A program made the translations under genes and the position numbers. A stretch of 64,000 nucleotides of DNA from Alphaproteobacteria bacterium. GTDB taxonomy: Bacteria; Pseudomonadota; Alphaproteobacteria; Bin95. The stretch covers positions 672,001 through 736,000 of the forward strand of contig OZ219786.1 in assembly GCA_964291285.2 (NCBI GenBank), read 5' to 3'. The notes beneath the pieces were generated by a model. It was not told the origin of the DNA and did no database searches. It worked only from the letters and a program-made list of their open reading frames with translations. This document shows positions 39,439 to 48,548 of the stretch, piece by piece. Position 1 is the stretch's first letter; each line of letters opens with the position of its first letter.

Positions 39439-40890
39439 CTAAAACACCGACGCCCAGCGCTTGAGCAGGGCTTGCTCCAGGTTCCGCGCCCGGTCGAGCC
39501 ACGCTTCGCCCTGCTCCCGCTCTTCTTCTCCCGGCTCGGGACCGAGCGCATCGAGGCGCCGGCGCTCGTCGAGGTCGCTGGTGAAGAGCGCGAAGGCCAG
39601 CCTTCGTCCGGACGCCGCGTGCAGATATCCGGCAAGGCCGCGCCCGTAATACATGCTGCCGGTCTTTGCCCAGACGCGGAACGCCAGCGCGGGGTCTTCC
39701 TCCCAGCCGGCCAGCGAGCCCTTCCAGCCGGAAATCGGCAGGAGCGATTCGAAGCTGCGGCCCCCGTAGCGCCGGCCGTCGGCATAGCGGAGCAGCGCCG
39801 CCATCCGCCGGGGCGAGGCGCGCGACCGGCTGCTGAGGCCGGAATGGCGGTCGAGCAGCCAGCCCGTCCCATCCCCGCCCAGGCGCCGGTCGAGCTCCGC
39901 CTGCAGGCGGGCGGCGGAGGCCTCCAGCGCCTCGGGCCGGCCGGCCAGCTTGCGGGAGGCTCCGAGGCCCATCAGTTCGGCAACGAGATTGTTGCTGTAT
40001 TGCAGGGAAAGGGCGGCGATATCGACCAGCCGCGGACCGCGATGGCGGGCGACGGGCCGGGCGTCCACCGGCGCGGTCCCGGCCTCCGGTCGGGTAAGCG
40101 CCAGCCCCTGCATGGCCGCAAGCTCGCGGAAGACGGAGGCCGTGAACCGGGACGGCCGGCGCACCGGCACCCATGTCCTTCCCGGCCTGCGGGCCGTCAC
40201 CCGCCAGCTCGGCCCGTCCGGCGTTTCGAGGCGGTGGAAGAGCGCCTCGCCCTTGCCCAGGGCAGCCCGCAGCGGCGCGAGATCGCCGGCCGGCAGGGCG
40301 AAGGCCGCAAGTCCGCCGCCCTGTTTCGCGCCCCACACCAGGCGCCGCCGGTTGAAGGACAGCGAGAGCGCCGAAACGCCCGGATTGTAGGTTGCGCGGT
40401 CGCTCTGCCCCGCGTCGATTTCGGCAGCGGGCAGAAGCAGGCCGTCGTCGTAGAAGAGGCCGGCCCGGGCGATGCCGGCTTCGGCGCCGGCCCGCGCGAG
40501 CGACATCAGGTCCTCCACGGCGAGCAGCGGGTCGCCGCCGCCCACCAGGTAGAGCCGGTCGCCGGAACGCCTGAGGCTCGTCTCGAAGCGGTGCTCGCCG
40601 CCGAGGATCTCGAGCGCTGCAACGGCGGTTGCAATCTTGGCGGTCGAGGCGGGCAGGAAGGCTTCGTCCGCCCGCCGCGACGCCAGCACGGCGCCGCCAT
40701 CGAGGTCGATCACGACATAGCCGGTGCCGGCGCCTTCGAGCCCGGCGGCGGCGATCAGCGCCTCGGCGGGCGGCGGCGGCGTTTCCGGCTGCGCGGCCGA
40801 GAGAGGCGGCAGCGCCAGCGCTGCGGAGAGCGCCAGCGCCGCCAGAGGCCGCCGGCCCGCTCTCCTCAACTCGGCAGGAAGCGTTCGCAA
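39439..40890 (-). CDS. dacB: D-alanyl-D-alanine carboxypeptidase/endopeptidase (PBP4, peptidase S13)
   Basis: PASTAK (SxxK), GGGDP, SNN and KTG motifs, with a signal peptide. Confidence 0.85.
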   Translation of the reverse strand: MRTLPAELRRAGRRPLAALALSAALALPPLSAAQPETPPPPAEALIAAAGLEGAGTGYVVIDLDGGAVLASRRADEAFLPASTAKIATAVAALEILGGEHRFETSLRRSGDRLYLVGGGDPLLAVEDLMSLARAGAEAGIARAGLFYDDGLLLPAAEIDAGQSDRATYNPGVSALSLSFNRRRLVWGAKQGGGLAAFALPAGDLAPLRAALGKGEALFHRLETPDGPSWRVTARRPGRTWVPVRRPSRFTASVFRELAAMQGLALTRPEAGTAPVDARPVARHRGPRLVDIAALSLQYSNNLVAELMGLGASRKLAGRPEALEASAARLQAELDRRLGGDGTGWLLDRHSGLSSRSRASPRRMAALLRYADGRRYGGRSFESLLPISGWKGSLAGWEEDPALAFRVWAKTGSMYYGRGLAGYLHAASGRRLAFALFTSDLDERRRLDALGPEPGEEEREQGEAWLDRARNLEQALLKRWASVF

Positions 40891-41822
40891 TGAACGCGCT
40901 CTTCGGCGATGCCGGCCGCACGGAGCCGCGCGCGGGCCGCCTCGATCATCGCCGGCGGCCCGCAGACATAGGCGTCAATGTCGCTTGCAGGCGGGTCGAT
41001 CAGCCCGGTGACGAAGCCGGCGTGGAAGGACGGGTCTCCGCCCGGCCCCTCCACGGCGATGCTCACCTGCGCGCCGCTCGCGGCCAGGCGGTCGAGCGCG
41101 AACAGGCGCTCCTCGGAAGCCGCGCCGAACAGCACGACCGCCGGCTGGCGGCCGTCCAGCGCCTCCAGCATGGCCAGGATCGGGGCAAGGCCGGTGCCGC
41201 CCGCCACCATCAGGACGGGCCGGGCCGGCTCGCGCAGGAAGAACCCGCCATAGGGCCCCGACAGGTCGAGCCGGTCGCCGGGCTCCGCGCGCGCCGCCAG
41301 ATAATTCGACATCAGGCCGTCCGGCAGCAGGCGCGCATGGAACTCGGCCCGGTCCCGGCGGGAGAAGGAAAAGGCCCGCTCCGCCCCCGTGCCGGGCACG
41401 CCGATGCGCGCATACTGGCCCGGCAGGAAGGGCAGCTCCGCATCGAGCGCAAGCTCGAACCGCACCGTATCGGCCGCCACGCGCTCCACGGCCTCCAGCA
41501 CGGCCTGCCGGCGCAGCGGGCCGCCGGTCAGCGAGAAGGGATAGGGGAAGCGCAGCGTGCAGTCGCCGAGCGGCAGCATCTGGCAGGTCAGCACCAGGCC
41601 GGCGGCTTCCTCCTCGGCTGTCAACGCCTCCGGGCTGGCGTCGCCCACATCGTATTCGCCCCCGGTGCAGCGCGCCTTGCAGGTGCCGCAGGCGCCTTCC
41701 CGGCAGTCGGTCGCAAGCTCGATGCCATGGGCCTGGGCCGCCTGGAACACCGTCTGCCAGGGCAGGCCCGCGATCTCCCGCTCCGTGCCGTCCTCGAAGA
41801 CGAGGCGCAGGCTGAGGCTCAT
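40866..41822 (-). CDS. 2Fe-2S/FAD/NAD oxidoreductase (BenC/XylZ-like oxygenase reductase)
   Basis: DCREGACGTC, FLPGQY, RAFSFS, AGGTGLAP and YVCGPP. Confidence 0.88.
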   Translation of the reverse strand: MSLSLRLVFEDGTEREIAGLPWQTVFQAAQAHGIELATDCREGACGTCKARCTGGEYDVGDASPEALTAEEEAAGLVLTCQMLPLGDCTLRFPYPFSLTGGPLRRQAVLEAVERVAADTVRFELALDAELPFLPGQYARIGVPGTGAERAFSFSRRDRAEFHARLLPDGLMSNYLAARAEPGDRLDLSGPYGGFFLREPARPVLMVAGGTGLAPILAMLEALDGRQPAVVLFGAASEERLFALDRLAASGAQVSIAVEGPGGDPSFHAGFVTGLIDPPASDIDAYVCGPPAMIEAARARLRAAGIAEERVHCERFLPS

Positions 41823-41861
41823 GCCTCCTCCGCGCTGTTCCGGGGCGCGGATCGGGGCCGT

Positions 41862-42650
41862 CTATTCCGCCGCGACCGCCTGCTGCACCAGGCAGTCGTC
41901 GGGCAGCACGCGGATGGGGTCGAAATCGCGGTGCGCGATCCACTCGGCGCGCTTGAAGCGCGTGATGTGGTTGGAGACCGCGCAGAGGCTGAGATAGACG
42001 ATCACCCGGTCCCACGGGCTGATATTGGGCGGGCTCGCATGGACGAGATTGCCGTGGAACATCACCACGGAGCCCGGCGCGCCGGTCGGGGCCGCGATGC
42101 CGCCCTCGTCCGCCAGCCGCGCCACCGTCTCGCGGTCCAGCGTCCAGAGCGGGTAGCTCGTCGTCTCCAGGTCGTGCCCGGCCTCGAACACGCCCTCCTT
42201 GTGGCTGCCGGCGAGGAACATCAGCGGGCCGTTCGCCGCCGTCACCGGATCGAGGAAGACGGCGATATTCATGGCGCGCGGCTCGGGCATGCCGTCATCG
42301 CGGTGCCAGGTGCCGAAATCCTGGTGCCACTGCCAGACGGCGCCGTCGAAGGCCGCTTTGGCGTTGACCTTGTACTGGTGCATGTAAACCGGCTCGCCCA
42401 GCAACTGCTCGACCGGGCGGATGAGCCGCGGATGCGCGCCGAGGCGCCCGAACATGCCGTTGTAGCGGTGCGCGGCGAAGGCCGTGCGCGGCGCGCCGTT
42501 GTCCTCGCGCCAGACCTCCTCGCGGCCGCTGGCGAACACGGTGTCGGCCTCGCGGCGCAACAGCGCCGCTTCTTCGGCGCTGAACACGCCTTCGAGAAAA
42601 AGGTAGCCCTCCCGGTTGTAGCGGGAGACCTGTTCGGGGGTGAGTTGCAT
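41862..42650 (-). CDS. Phytanoyl-CoA dioxygenase-family 2OG-Fe(II) hydroxylase (EctD/proline 4-hydroxylase-related)
   Basis: WHQDFGTWHRDDGMP, NGPL..GSH and HGNLVHAS. Confidence 0.85.
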   Translation of the reverse strand: MQLTPEQVSRYNREGYLFLEGVFSAEEAALLRREADTVFASGREEVWREDNGAPRTAFAAHRYNGMFGRLGAHPRLIRPVEQLLGEPVYMHQYKVNAKAAFDGAVWQWHQDFGTWHRDDGMPEPRAMNIAVFLDPVTAANGPLMFLAGSHKEGVFEAGHDLETTSYPLWTLDRETVARLADEGGIAAPTGAPGSVVMFHGNLVHASPPNISPWDRVIVYLSLCAVSNHITRFKRAEWIAHRDFDPIRVLPDDCLVQQAVAAE

Positions 42651-42664
42651 CGCTCCGGTCCTCC

Positions 42665-44155
42665 TCAGCAGAGGTCGCGTTTCAGGATCTTGCCGGTCGC
42701 GCCCAGCGGCAGGCTTTCGCGCAACTCGACGATCCGGGGATACTTATATCCTGCCAGGCGCTCGCGCGCCCAGGCGACTATGGCTTCCGGTTCGGGGCCG
42801 GCGCCGGCGGCGGGCACGACAAAGGCCTTGACCTCCTCGCCATATTGCTCGTCCGGCACGCCGACCACGGCGGCGAGGGAGATCTCCGGATGAGTGACCA
42901 GAAGCTCCTCGACCTCGCGCGGATAGACGTTGAACCCGCCCCGGATGATCATTTCCTTCAGCCGGTCCACGATATAGAGGTAGCCGTCCTCGTCGAAGCG
43001 GCCGATATCGCCGGTGTGGAACCAGCCGCCGCGCAGCGCCTCGGCAGTTTCCTCCGGGCGGCCCAGATAGCCCTTCATCACGCAATGGCCGCGCACCACC
43101 ACCTCGCCGGGCTCGCCCACAGGCACGGGATTGTCCTCCGGGTCCACCACCTGCACCTCGACGCCCCAGACCGGCAGGCCGACGGAACCGACCTTCCGTT
43201 CGCGGTCGCGCCGGTTGAAGCTCACGCCCGGCGAGGTTTCCGAGAGGCCGTAGCCTTCCAGCACCGTCACATCGAACTTCTCCTCGAAGCCGCGCAGGAT
43301 CTCGACCGGCGTCGAGGCGCCGCCGACCGTGACCTGCCGCAGCGTCGAGGCGATGGCGGCGAGGTCGTGCTTCCCGGCGTCGGGATATGTGAGCAGCGCC
43401 CAGAGCATGGTCGGCACACCGGAGAACAGCGTCACCTTCTCGCTCTCCATGAGGCCGAGGCAGAGGCCCGGCTCGAAGCGCGGCGCCAGCACCATGGTCG
43501 CCGCCTTGCGGAACGCCGCCAGCATCTGCACCACCTGCCCGAACACGTGGAACAGCGGCAGGGCGACCAGCACGACATCCTCCGGGTGCACCTCGCCGAG
43601 TTCCACGCAGATTTCGGCGTTCATCAAGAGGTTGGCGTGCGTCAGCATCGCGCCCTTGGGCCGCCCGGTCGTGCCGGAGGTGTAGAGCACGACGGCCGTG
43701 TCGTCGGGGCCGCGCTGCACGGTGTCGAAGGAAGCCTCCGCCGCGGGCGCATCCGCCTCGATGAAATGCCCGCAGGCCGGCGCATCGCCGAAAGCGGCGC
43801 GGCCGACCTCGCCCAGCGGCAGTTCCGCCGAGCCCTCGTGGCAGACCAGCGCCTTCGCCCCGCTGTCGTTCAGGAGGTAGGCCATCTCGTCGCGTTTGAG
43901 CAGGATGGAGACCGGCAGCACCGTCGCCCCGGCCTTCAGCACGCCGAAATAGAAGGCCGGGAAGGCAGGCACGTTGGGGCAGGCGAGCGCCACGATGTCG
44001 CCCGGCCCGATGCCCCGCCCCGCAAGGTCCGCCGCGACCGCCTGCGCCCGCGCGTCGAGCTCCCGGTAACTCATGCGGACCGGCCCCTGCACGATGGCCG
44101 TCTTGTCCGGCCGGTCGCGGGCGCTAGTCTCCAGAATCGTGGCAAGCGAAAGCAT
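42665..44155 (-). CDS. Long-chain-fatty-acid--CoA ligase family
   Basis: YTSGTTGRPKG, EGYGLSETSP and GWFHTGD. Confidence 0.92.
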   Translation of the reverse strand: MLSLATILETSARDRPDKTAIVQGPVRMSYRELDARAQAVAADLAGRGIGPGDIVALACPNVPAFPAFYFGVLKAGATVLPVSILLKRDEMAYLLNDSGAKALVCHEGSAELPLGEVGRAAFGDAPACGHFIEADAPAAEASFDTVQRGPDDTAVVLYTSGTTGRPKGAMLTHANLLMNAEICVELGEVHPEDVVLVALPLFHVFGQVVQMLAAFRKAATMVLAPRFEPGLCLGLMESEKVTLFSGVPTMLWALLTYPDAGKHDLAAIASTLRQVTVGGASTPVEILRGFEEKFDVTVLEGYGLSETSPGVSFNRRDRERKVGSVGLPVWGVEVQVVDPEDNPVPVGEPGEVVVRGHCVMKGYLGRPEETAEALRGGWFHTGDIGRFDEDGYLYIVDRLKEMIIRGGFNVYPREVEELLVTHPEISLAAVVGVPDEQYGEEVKAFVVPAAGAGPEPEAIVAWARERLAGYKYPRIVELRESLPLGATGKILKRDLC

Positions 44156-44272
44156 GAAAGCGGGTCTCCGGTTCGGCCGCCATACGGGGGCGGCAACTCC
44201 CTGCGCGCCAGCCTAAGGCCCCCGGTCCCCGCCGCCAAGGCGGGACGCCCGCTTCCCGTTCCCCGCCCGCCT

Positions 44273-45031
44273 CTATCCGGCGGCATGCATCGTGTAGCTG
44301 AAGCCGATGGGCGAAACGCAAATGCGGTCGGTGTAGACGACCGGTCGGTCGCCCTCCGAGAAATGTTTTTGCGAGAGCATGAGCAGCGCCCGGTCGCCAT
44401 CCGCGTTCAACAGCTTCGCCTCGCTGGAATCGGCGTTGGCAGGCTGAATTCTGGTTTCGATCCGACCGATCCTGAAGCCAAGATTTTCTTCGACCAGAAG
44501 CTCCTCGGTAGGCACGCGGTCCAGGGCCGACGTATCGAATTTGGGAAATACGTCCGGAGGAAAGAAACAACTCTCCGCCTCCACCGCCTCTTCCCCGATA
44601 AACCGCAGCCTTTCCAGAACGAAAACCGGCTCGTCCGACTCTATGTTCAGCGCTCTCGATACATCGGACGGCGCCTTCTTGCGGCCGAATGCCATCAGCC
44701 GGTAAGTGACGTCGTCCTCCTCCGGCGCGGTCCCGTCGCCGAACATCGGCAGACTGTGCATATCGACGCTGAAATCCGGGGCCGTTGCCTGCCTGCCGTC
44801 GGAACGAAACGCCCCGGCGCTGGCGAAGGTGCCTCGGCCGGGAAACCGCTCGATCCAGCCCTCCCATGCCAGCCGGGACATGGCGAATTGCACCGTCGCC
44901 CGGCTGACGCCGAACATGACCGCAATATCGGCTTCTGTGGGAAGCTGTTCTCCGGTTCCGATCCGCCCCTGCTGAATCCGCTCGCAGAAATGATCGTAGA
45001 TGCGGGAGTGAGCTGGCGCCGGCTTCTCCAA
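44273..45031 (-). CDS. GntR (HutC subfamily) regulator with UTRA domain; start uncertain
   Basis: LPTEADIAVMFGVSRATV..GRGTF HTH followed by a UTRA-like C-terminus. Confidence 0.85.
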   Translation of the reverse strand: MEKPAPAHSRIYDHFCERIQQGRIGTGEQLPTEADIAVMFGVSRATVQFAMSRLAWEGWIERFPGRGTFASAGAFRSDGRQATAPDFSVDMHSLPMFGDGTAPEEDDVTYRLMAFGRKKAPSDVSRALNIESDEPVFVLERLRFIGEEAVEAESCFFPPDVFPKFDTSALDRVPTEELLVEENLGFRIGRIETRIQPANADSSEAKLLNADGDRALLMLSQKHFSEGDRPVVYTDRICVSPIGFSYTMHAAG

Positions 45032-45124
45032 CTTTCCGACCCCCTGGCGTTCCGACCACTTTGTCCGGTATCGGAATCTAGGCAAGTCGCACAAAATGAC
45101 AACGATATTCTCCAATATAACAGC

Positions 45125-45135
45125 TTGTAATACAA
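45125..45135. promoter_or_regulatory. Candidate GntR operator palindrome TTGTAATACAA
   Basis: Palindrome in the AT-rich region upstream of the GntR gene. Resembles HutC-subfamily operators. Confidence 0.4.
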
Positions 45136-45773
45136 ACATTTTTTTGCCAGAAAAGACTGTCTGATTCAGAGCAGATCAATGCATTTCAGACTGTCATTTT
45201 GTCTCCATCCCGGGGTTGGATCGACCATGGGTATTTCGGGGCGTTGCGCACGCCCGTCACCCGGCGAACGGCCGTTATGCGCGCGCGGCCGGTCTTCTGC
45301 CATTCGACCCTCGCGGGCTCGGCGGCACGGGGTTGAGGGGGGCGTGCAGGCGCGCGGGCAGTCGGGGCGGGAGGCCGGGCGGCGGCCGCTTGCGGTGCTG
45401 GTTTGGCCGCCGGTCCCGGCCCGTCCCGAAATGCGCCGGCCGCTGCGTCATTCGACCTGAAAAGACCGTCTTGTATCGAGCGAATTAGATGTAATAAATT
45501 GCTTATTGACTACCTATTTTCCGAGGCGTGTGCGCTGTTTGGAAGTGCTTTCTGAGCAAGGCATTGCGGAGGGTCTGGATTTTTCTTACCCCGTCAGGAT
45601 GGCTGATTTCCGGGGTTTTTGCGGTTTGAAGGGAAAGGTTTTGTGGATTTCCACCCCATGGCCGTGCGCGGGCTGGTTTTCGGGCGCGTCGCGTTGAGGC
45701 GCGGGACTGAGTAGAAGGTGTCGCCATCGGGCCTGCGGCCCTTGTTCCATCCACCGGCGCTGGTTGGGAGAAC

Positions 45774-47252
45774 GTGATGGCGACAGCGGAGAAGTTAGCC
45801 TTTTCGTGGTGGTCTGTGGAGGGCCTTGCGGACCTTGAGCGTCTGCGTGTGGTGCTCGACACGCTTCCCGACGAGAAGGTTGTGGCTGCGCTTGAGGCGG
45901 GTCGAGGCCGGGGTCGCAACGACTACCCGGTGCGGGCGATGTGGCGGGCTCTGATCGCGGGGATCGTGTTCCAGCATGCCTCGATGCAGTCGCTGCTGCG
46001 TGAGCTGGGCCGCAACCCGGCATTGCTTGAGATTTGCGGGTTCGAGGCGCTGCCCTTGCAGGGTGCGCCGGTGGTGGCGCTTTGCGCAGGGCGCGCGGTG
46101 AGGCGTCCGGCGCCGTTGCGCTCGACGGTGCCGGGCGCCTGGAACTTCTCGCGGTTCCTGGGGCGCGTGGTGCGCCTTGAGGACGAGCGCGGCCTTGTGT
46201 CGGGGATGATCGGGCGTCTGCGCGCCTCGCTGTTCGAGGAGTTGCCGGACTTCGGTCGCCATCTCGGCTACGACGGCAAGGCGGTGGCGAGCCACTCGAC
46301 GGGCCGGGTTGCCGGGGCCAGGGGGCAGACCTCGGACCCCGATGCGGACTGGGGCAGGCACGAGACGGGCGGGGTGAACGCGAAGACCGGCGCGGTGTGG
46401 AAGAAGGTGAAGTCGTGGTTCGGCTACGGGCTGCACCTGATCGCCGACACGGACCACGAGGTTCCTGTGGCCTTCGAGGTGACGCGGGCGTCGGCATCGG
46501 AACCCGGGGTGCTGTCCGGGATGCTGGAGGAGTTGTTCGCCGAGGCGCCGGAGATGGCCGGGCGCTGCGCCGATTTCAGCGCCGACCGCGGTCTCGACAA
46601 CGCCCGCCTGAAGGCGCGGCTGTGGGACAGGTGGCATATCCGCCCGCTGATCGACACGCGCCTGATGTGGCGGGCGGAGAAGAAGGAGCCGGGCCATGAC
46701 CCGGCCCGGCCGATCACGCGACCGCTGTTCCCCGGGCGCGCCGACGTCATCGTTCATGACGAACGCGGCCGGGTGTCCTGCGTGTGCCCGCAGACCGGCG
46801 AGGTCCGCGCCATGGCCTTCCAGGGGTTCGAGGCCGGGCGCGGCGTCTGCGGCACGCTCAAATACCGCTGCCCCGCAGCCGCCTTCGGCTTCGAGTGCAA
46901 GGGACGCCGGGCCTGCCATCGGGCGGGTGGGGTGAAGTCCGGCGAATACGGCCGCATCCTGCGCGTCGACCTCGACAGCCATGACCGGCGTATCTTCACG
47001 CCCACGCCCTGGGGCAGCCCGTCATGGCGGCGCGGATACAACCGGCGCACCGCCATGGAGCGGATCAACGCCCGCCTCGACCGCAGCTTCAACTTCGAGA
47101 CCCATTACATCCGCGGACGCGCGAAGATGAAGACCCGCATCGGGCTGGCCCTGGCGGTCATGATGGCCATGGCGCTTGCACAGGCCCGCGCCGGACGCGT
47201 CGCACGCATGCGCTCCTTGGTCGGCCCGGCGCCATACCTCGATACCGGCTGA
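45774..47252 (+). CDS. Transposase (IS1182/IS5-like, DUF772-type N-terminus plus DDE)
   Basis: RGRGRNDYPV, GYDGK, SDPDADWG, WFGYGLHLIAD, SADRGLD and YNRRTAMERINARL. Element ends not resolved. Confidence 0.8.
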   Translation: MMATAEKLAFSWWSVEGLADLERLRVVLDTLPDEKVVAALEAGRGRGRNDYPVRAMWRALIAGIVFQHASMQSLLRELGRNPALLEICGFEALPLQGAPVVALCAGRAVRRPAPLRSTVPGAWNFSRFLGRVVRLEDERGLVSGMIGRLRASLFEELPDFGRHLGYDGKAVASHSTGRVAGARGQTSDPDADWGRHETGGVNAKTGAVWKKVKSWFGYGLHLIADTDHEVPVAFEVTRASASEPGVLSGMLEELFAEAPEMAGRCADFSADRGLDNARLKARLWDRWHIRPLIDTRLMWRAEKKEPGHDPARPITRPLFPGRADVIVHDERGRVSCVCPQTGEVRAMAFQGFEAGRGVCGTLKYRCPAAAFGFECKGRRACHRAGGVKSGEYGRILRVDLDSHDRRIFTPTPWGSPSWRRGYNRRTAMERINARLDRSFNFETHYIRGRAKMKTRIGLALAVMMAMALAQARAGRVARMRSLVGPAPYLDTG

Positions 47253-47545
47253 CCCCTCAGCCGACTGCCGACAACGCTGACCCAACCCGCCGGACCCCGG
47301 CATACGGACAAACGCGACCGAAGGCCGGCGATGCTGCCGGGCTGGGCCGCTCAAGTTCGAAAAGCAACCGCGGCGACCGCCTCGAACGCCGGAACAAACA
47401 ACATCAACACCCGGACCCAACGTCCCATCCGACCGGAAAAACCCCACAGCGCAAATTTCTCTTTTCCAGACCATACAGTCATTTTCGTCGACAGCGTGGC
47501 GGACACCCGGACGAGCCGCGCTCCGGAGCAAGAAAGGAAACGCAC

Positions 47546-48331
47546 ATGTCCACCCTCCTCCCTACACCTCCGCTTGATGAGAGGACCCGCTCGCGCAGGT
47601 TGCTGGGCGGCCTCGTCGCCGCGTCCGCCATGGCGGCCCTGGCCCTGGCAACGCCGGCTGCAGCCGAGAAGGCGGCCGAGGCCGAAAAGATGGAAGCCGA
47701 GGTCTGCATGCTGGCGGGCATCGAGATCCCGAAAGCCGAGGACGCCGACTGCCCGACGGACGTGCTCTCCACGCTCCGCACCTATTATTACGAATACGAG
47801 GCGCCCAAGATGGGTGAGGACGGCGCTCCGGTCATGGATGAGGAGACGGGCGAGGTCGTCATGGAAGTCCACAAGGAAACCTTTGGGCTGATGGCGACCC
47901 TTCTGGAGGCGGCGGGCTTCGGCGACGCCCTCATGGGCGCGCCCGGCACCGTGTTTGCGCTTCCCGACTCCGTTCTGGCTCCTGTCGTGGACGCTCTCGC
48001 CGAGGCCATGAAGGACGAGGAGATGCGCGACGCGGTCATGGCCGAGGTCGCAGCGGCGGCCGGCTCGCACGCGCTGAACGAGCCGATGGCGAAGGGCGCC
48101 TTCCAGAACGCCAACGGCAAGGTGTGGACGCTCGCCGGCGGCTGGCAGTCAGCGGCCCCGCCGCTTTCGTTCTACGCACTCGGCGGCGACGGCAGCGTCA
48201 AGGTCAACGGCGTCATGCTGGACCGGACCCTGACCGCGCCGGACGGCAGCGTCATCCACACCATCGCCAGCCCGCTGGTGGCCCTGCCGCAGCCGGCGAT
48301 GGAGATGGAGATGGCCGAAAAGAGCGGCTGA
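47546..48331 (+). CDS. Exported fasciclin (FAS1)-like protein, Met/Glu-rich
   Basis: SRRLL plus a hydrophobic leader. FAS1-like motifs LLEAAGFGDAL..TVFALPD and DGSVIHTI. RBS AAAGGA. Confidence 0.6.
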   Translation: MSTLLPTPPLDERTRSRRLLGGLVAASAMAALALATPAAAEKAAEAEKMEAEVCMLAGIEIPKAEDADCPTDVLSTLRTYYYEYEAPKMGEDGAPVMDEETGEVVMEVHKETFGLMATLLEAAGFGDALMGAPGTVFALPDSVLAPVVDALAEAMKDEEMRDAVMAEVAAAAGSHALNEPMAKGAFQNANGKVWTLAGGWQSAAPPLSFYALGGDGSVKVNGVMLDRTLTAPDGSVIHTIASPLVALPQPAMEMEMAEKSG

Positions 48332-48442
48332 CGGCGACCGCAGCGGCCGGACGGAGGAGCAGCGCCTCCCCCGTCCGGAGCCGGTCCCTTTCATACCTTC
48401 CGCCAAGCGCCCGACTGTCCCACGCTTGCACGGGAAACCTGC

Positions 48443-48474
48443 GAAGCCCCGGAGGGTTGCCTCCGGGGTTTTCC
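48443..48474 (+). terminator. Rho-independent terminator
   Basis: GCCCCGGAGG-GTTG-CCTCCGGGGTTTT. Confidence 0.7.
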
Positions 48475-48548
48475 TTCTCCGCTTCCCTTTCCGCCGCCGC
48501 CGATATATCGGTGCGGCCGTCCTGCGCCCGTTGACCGGAGGGGAAGGC

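Noticed and set aside
41862-42650. Ectoine hydroxylase ectD
   Set aside because: The signature reads WQWHQDFGTW rather than the FxWHSDFETW of EctD, and there is no ectABC context.
45191-47490. Exact ends for the IS1182/IS5-like element
   Set aside because: I found no convincing terminal IR pair with a target duplication, so only the transposase is reported.
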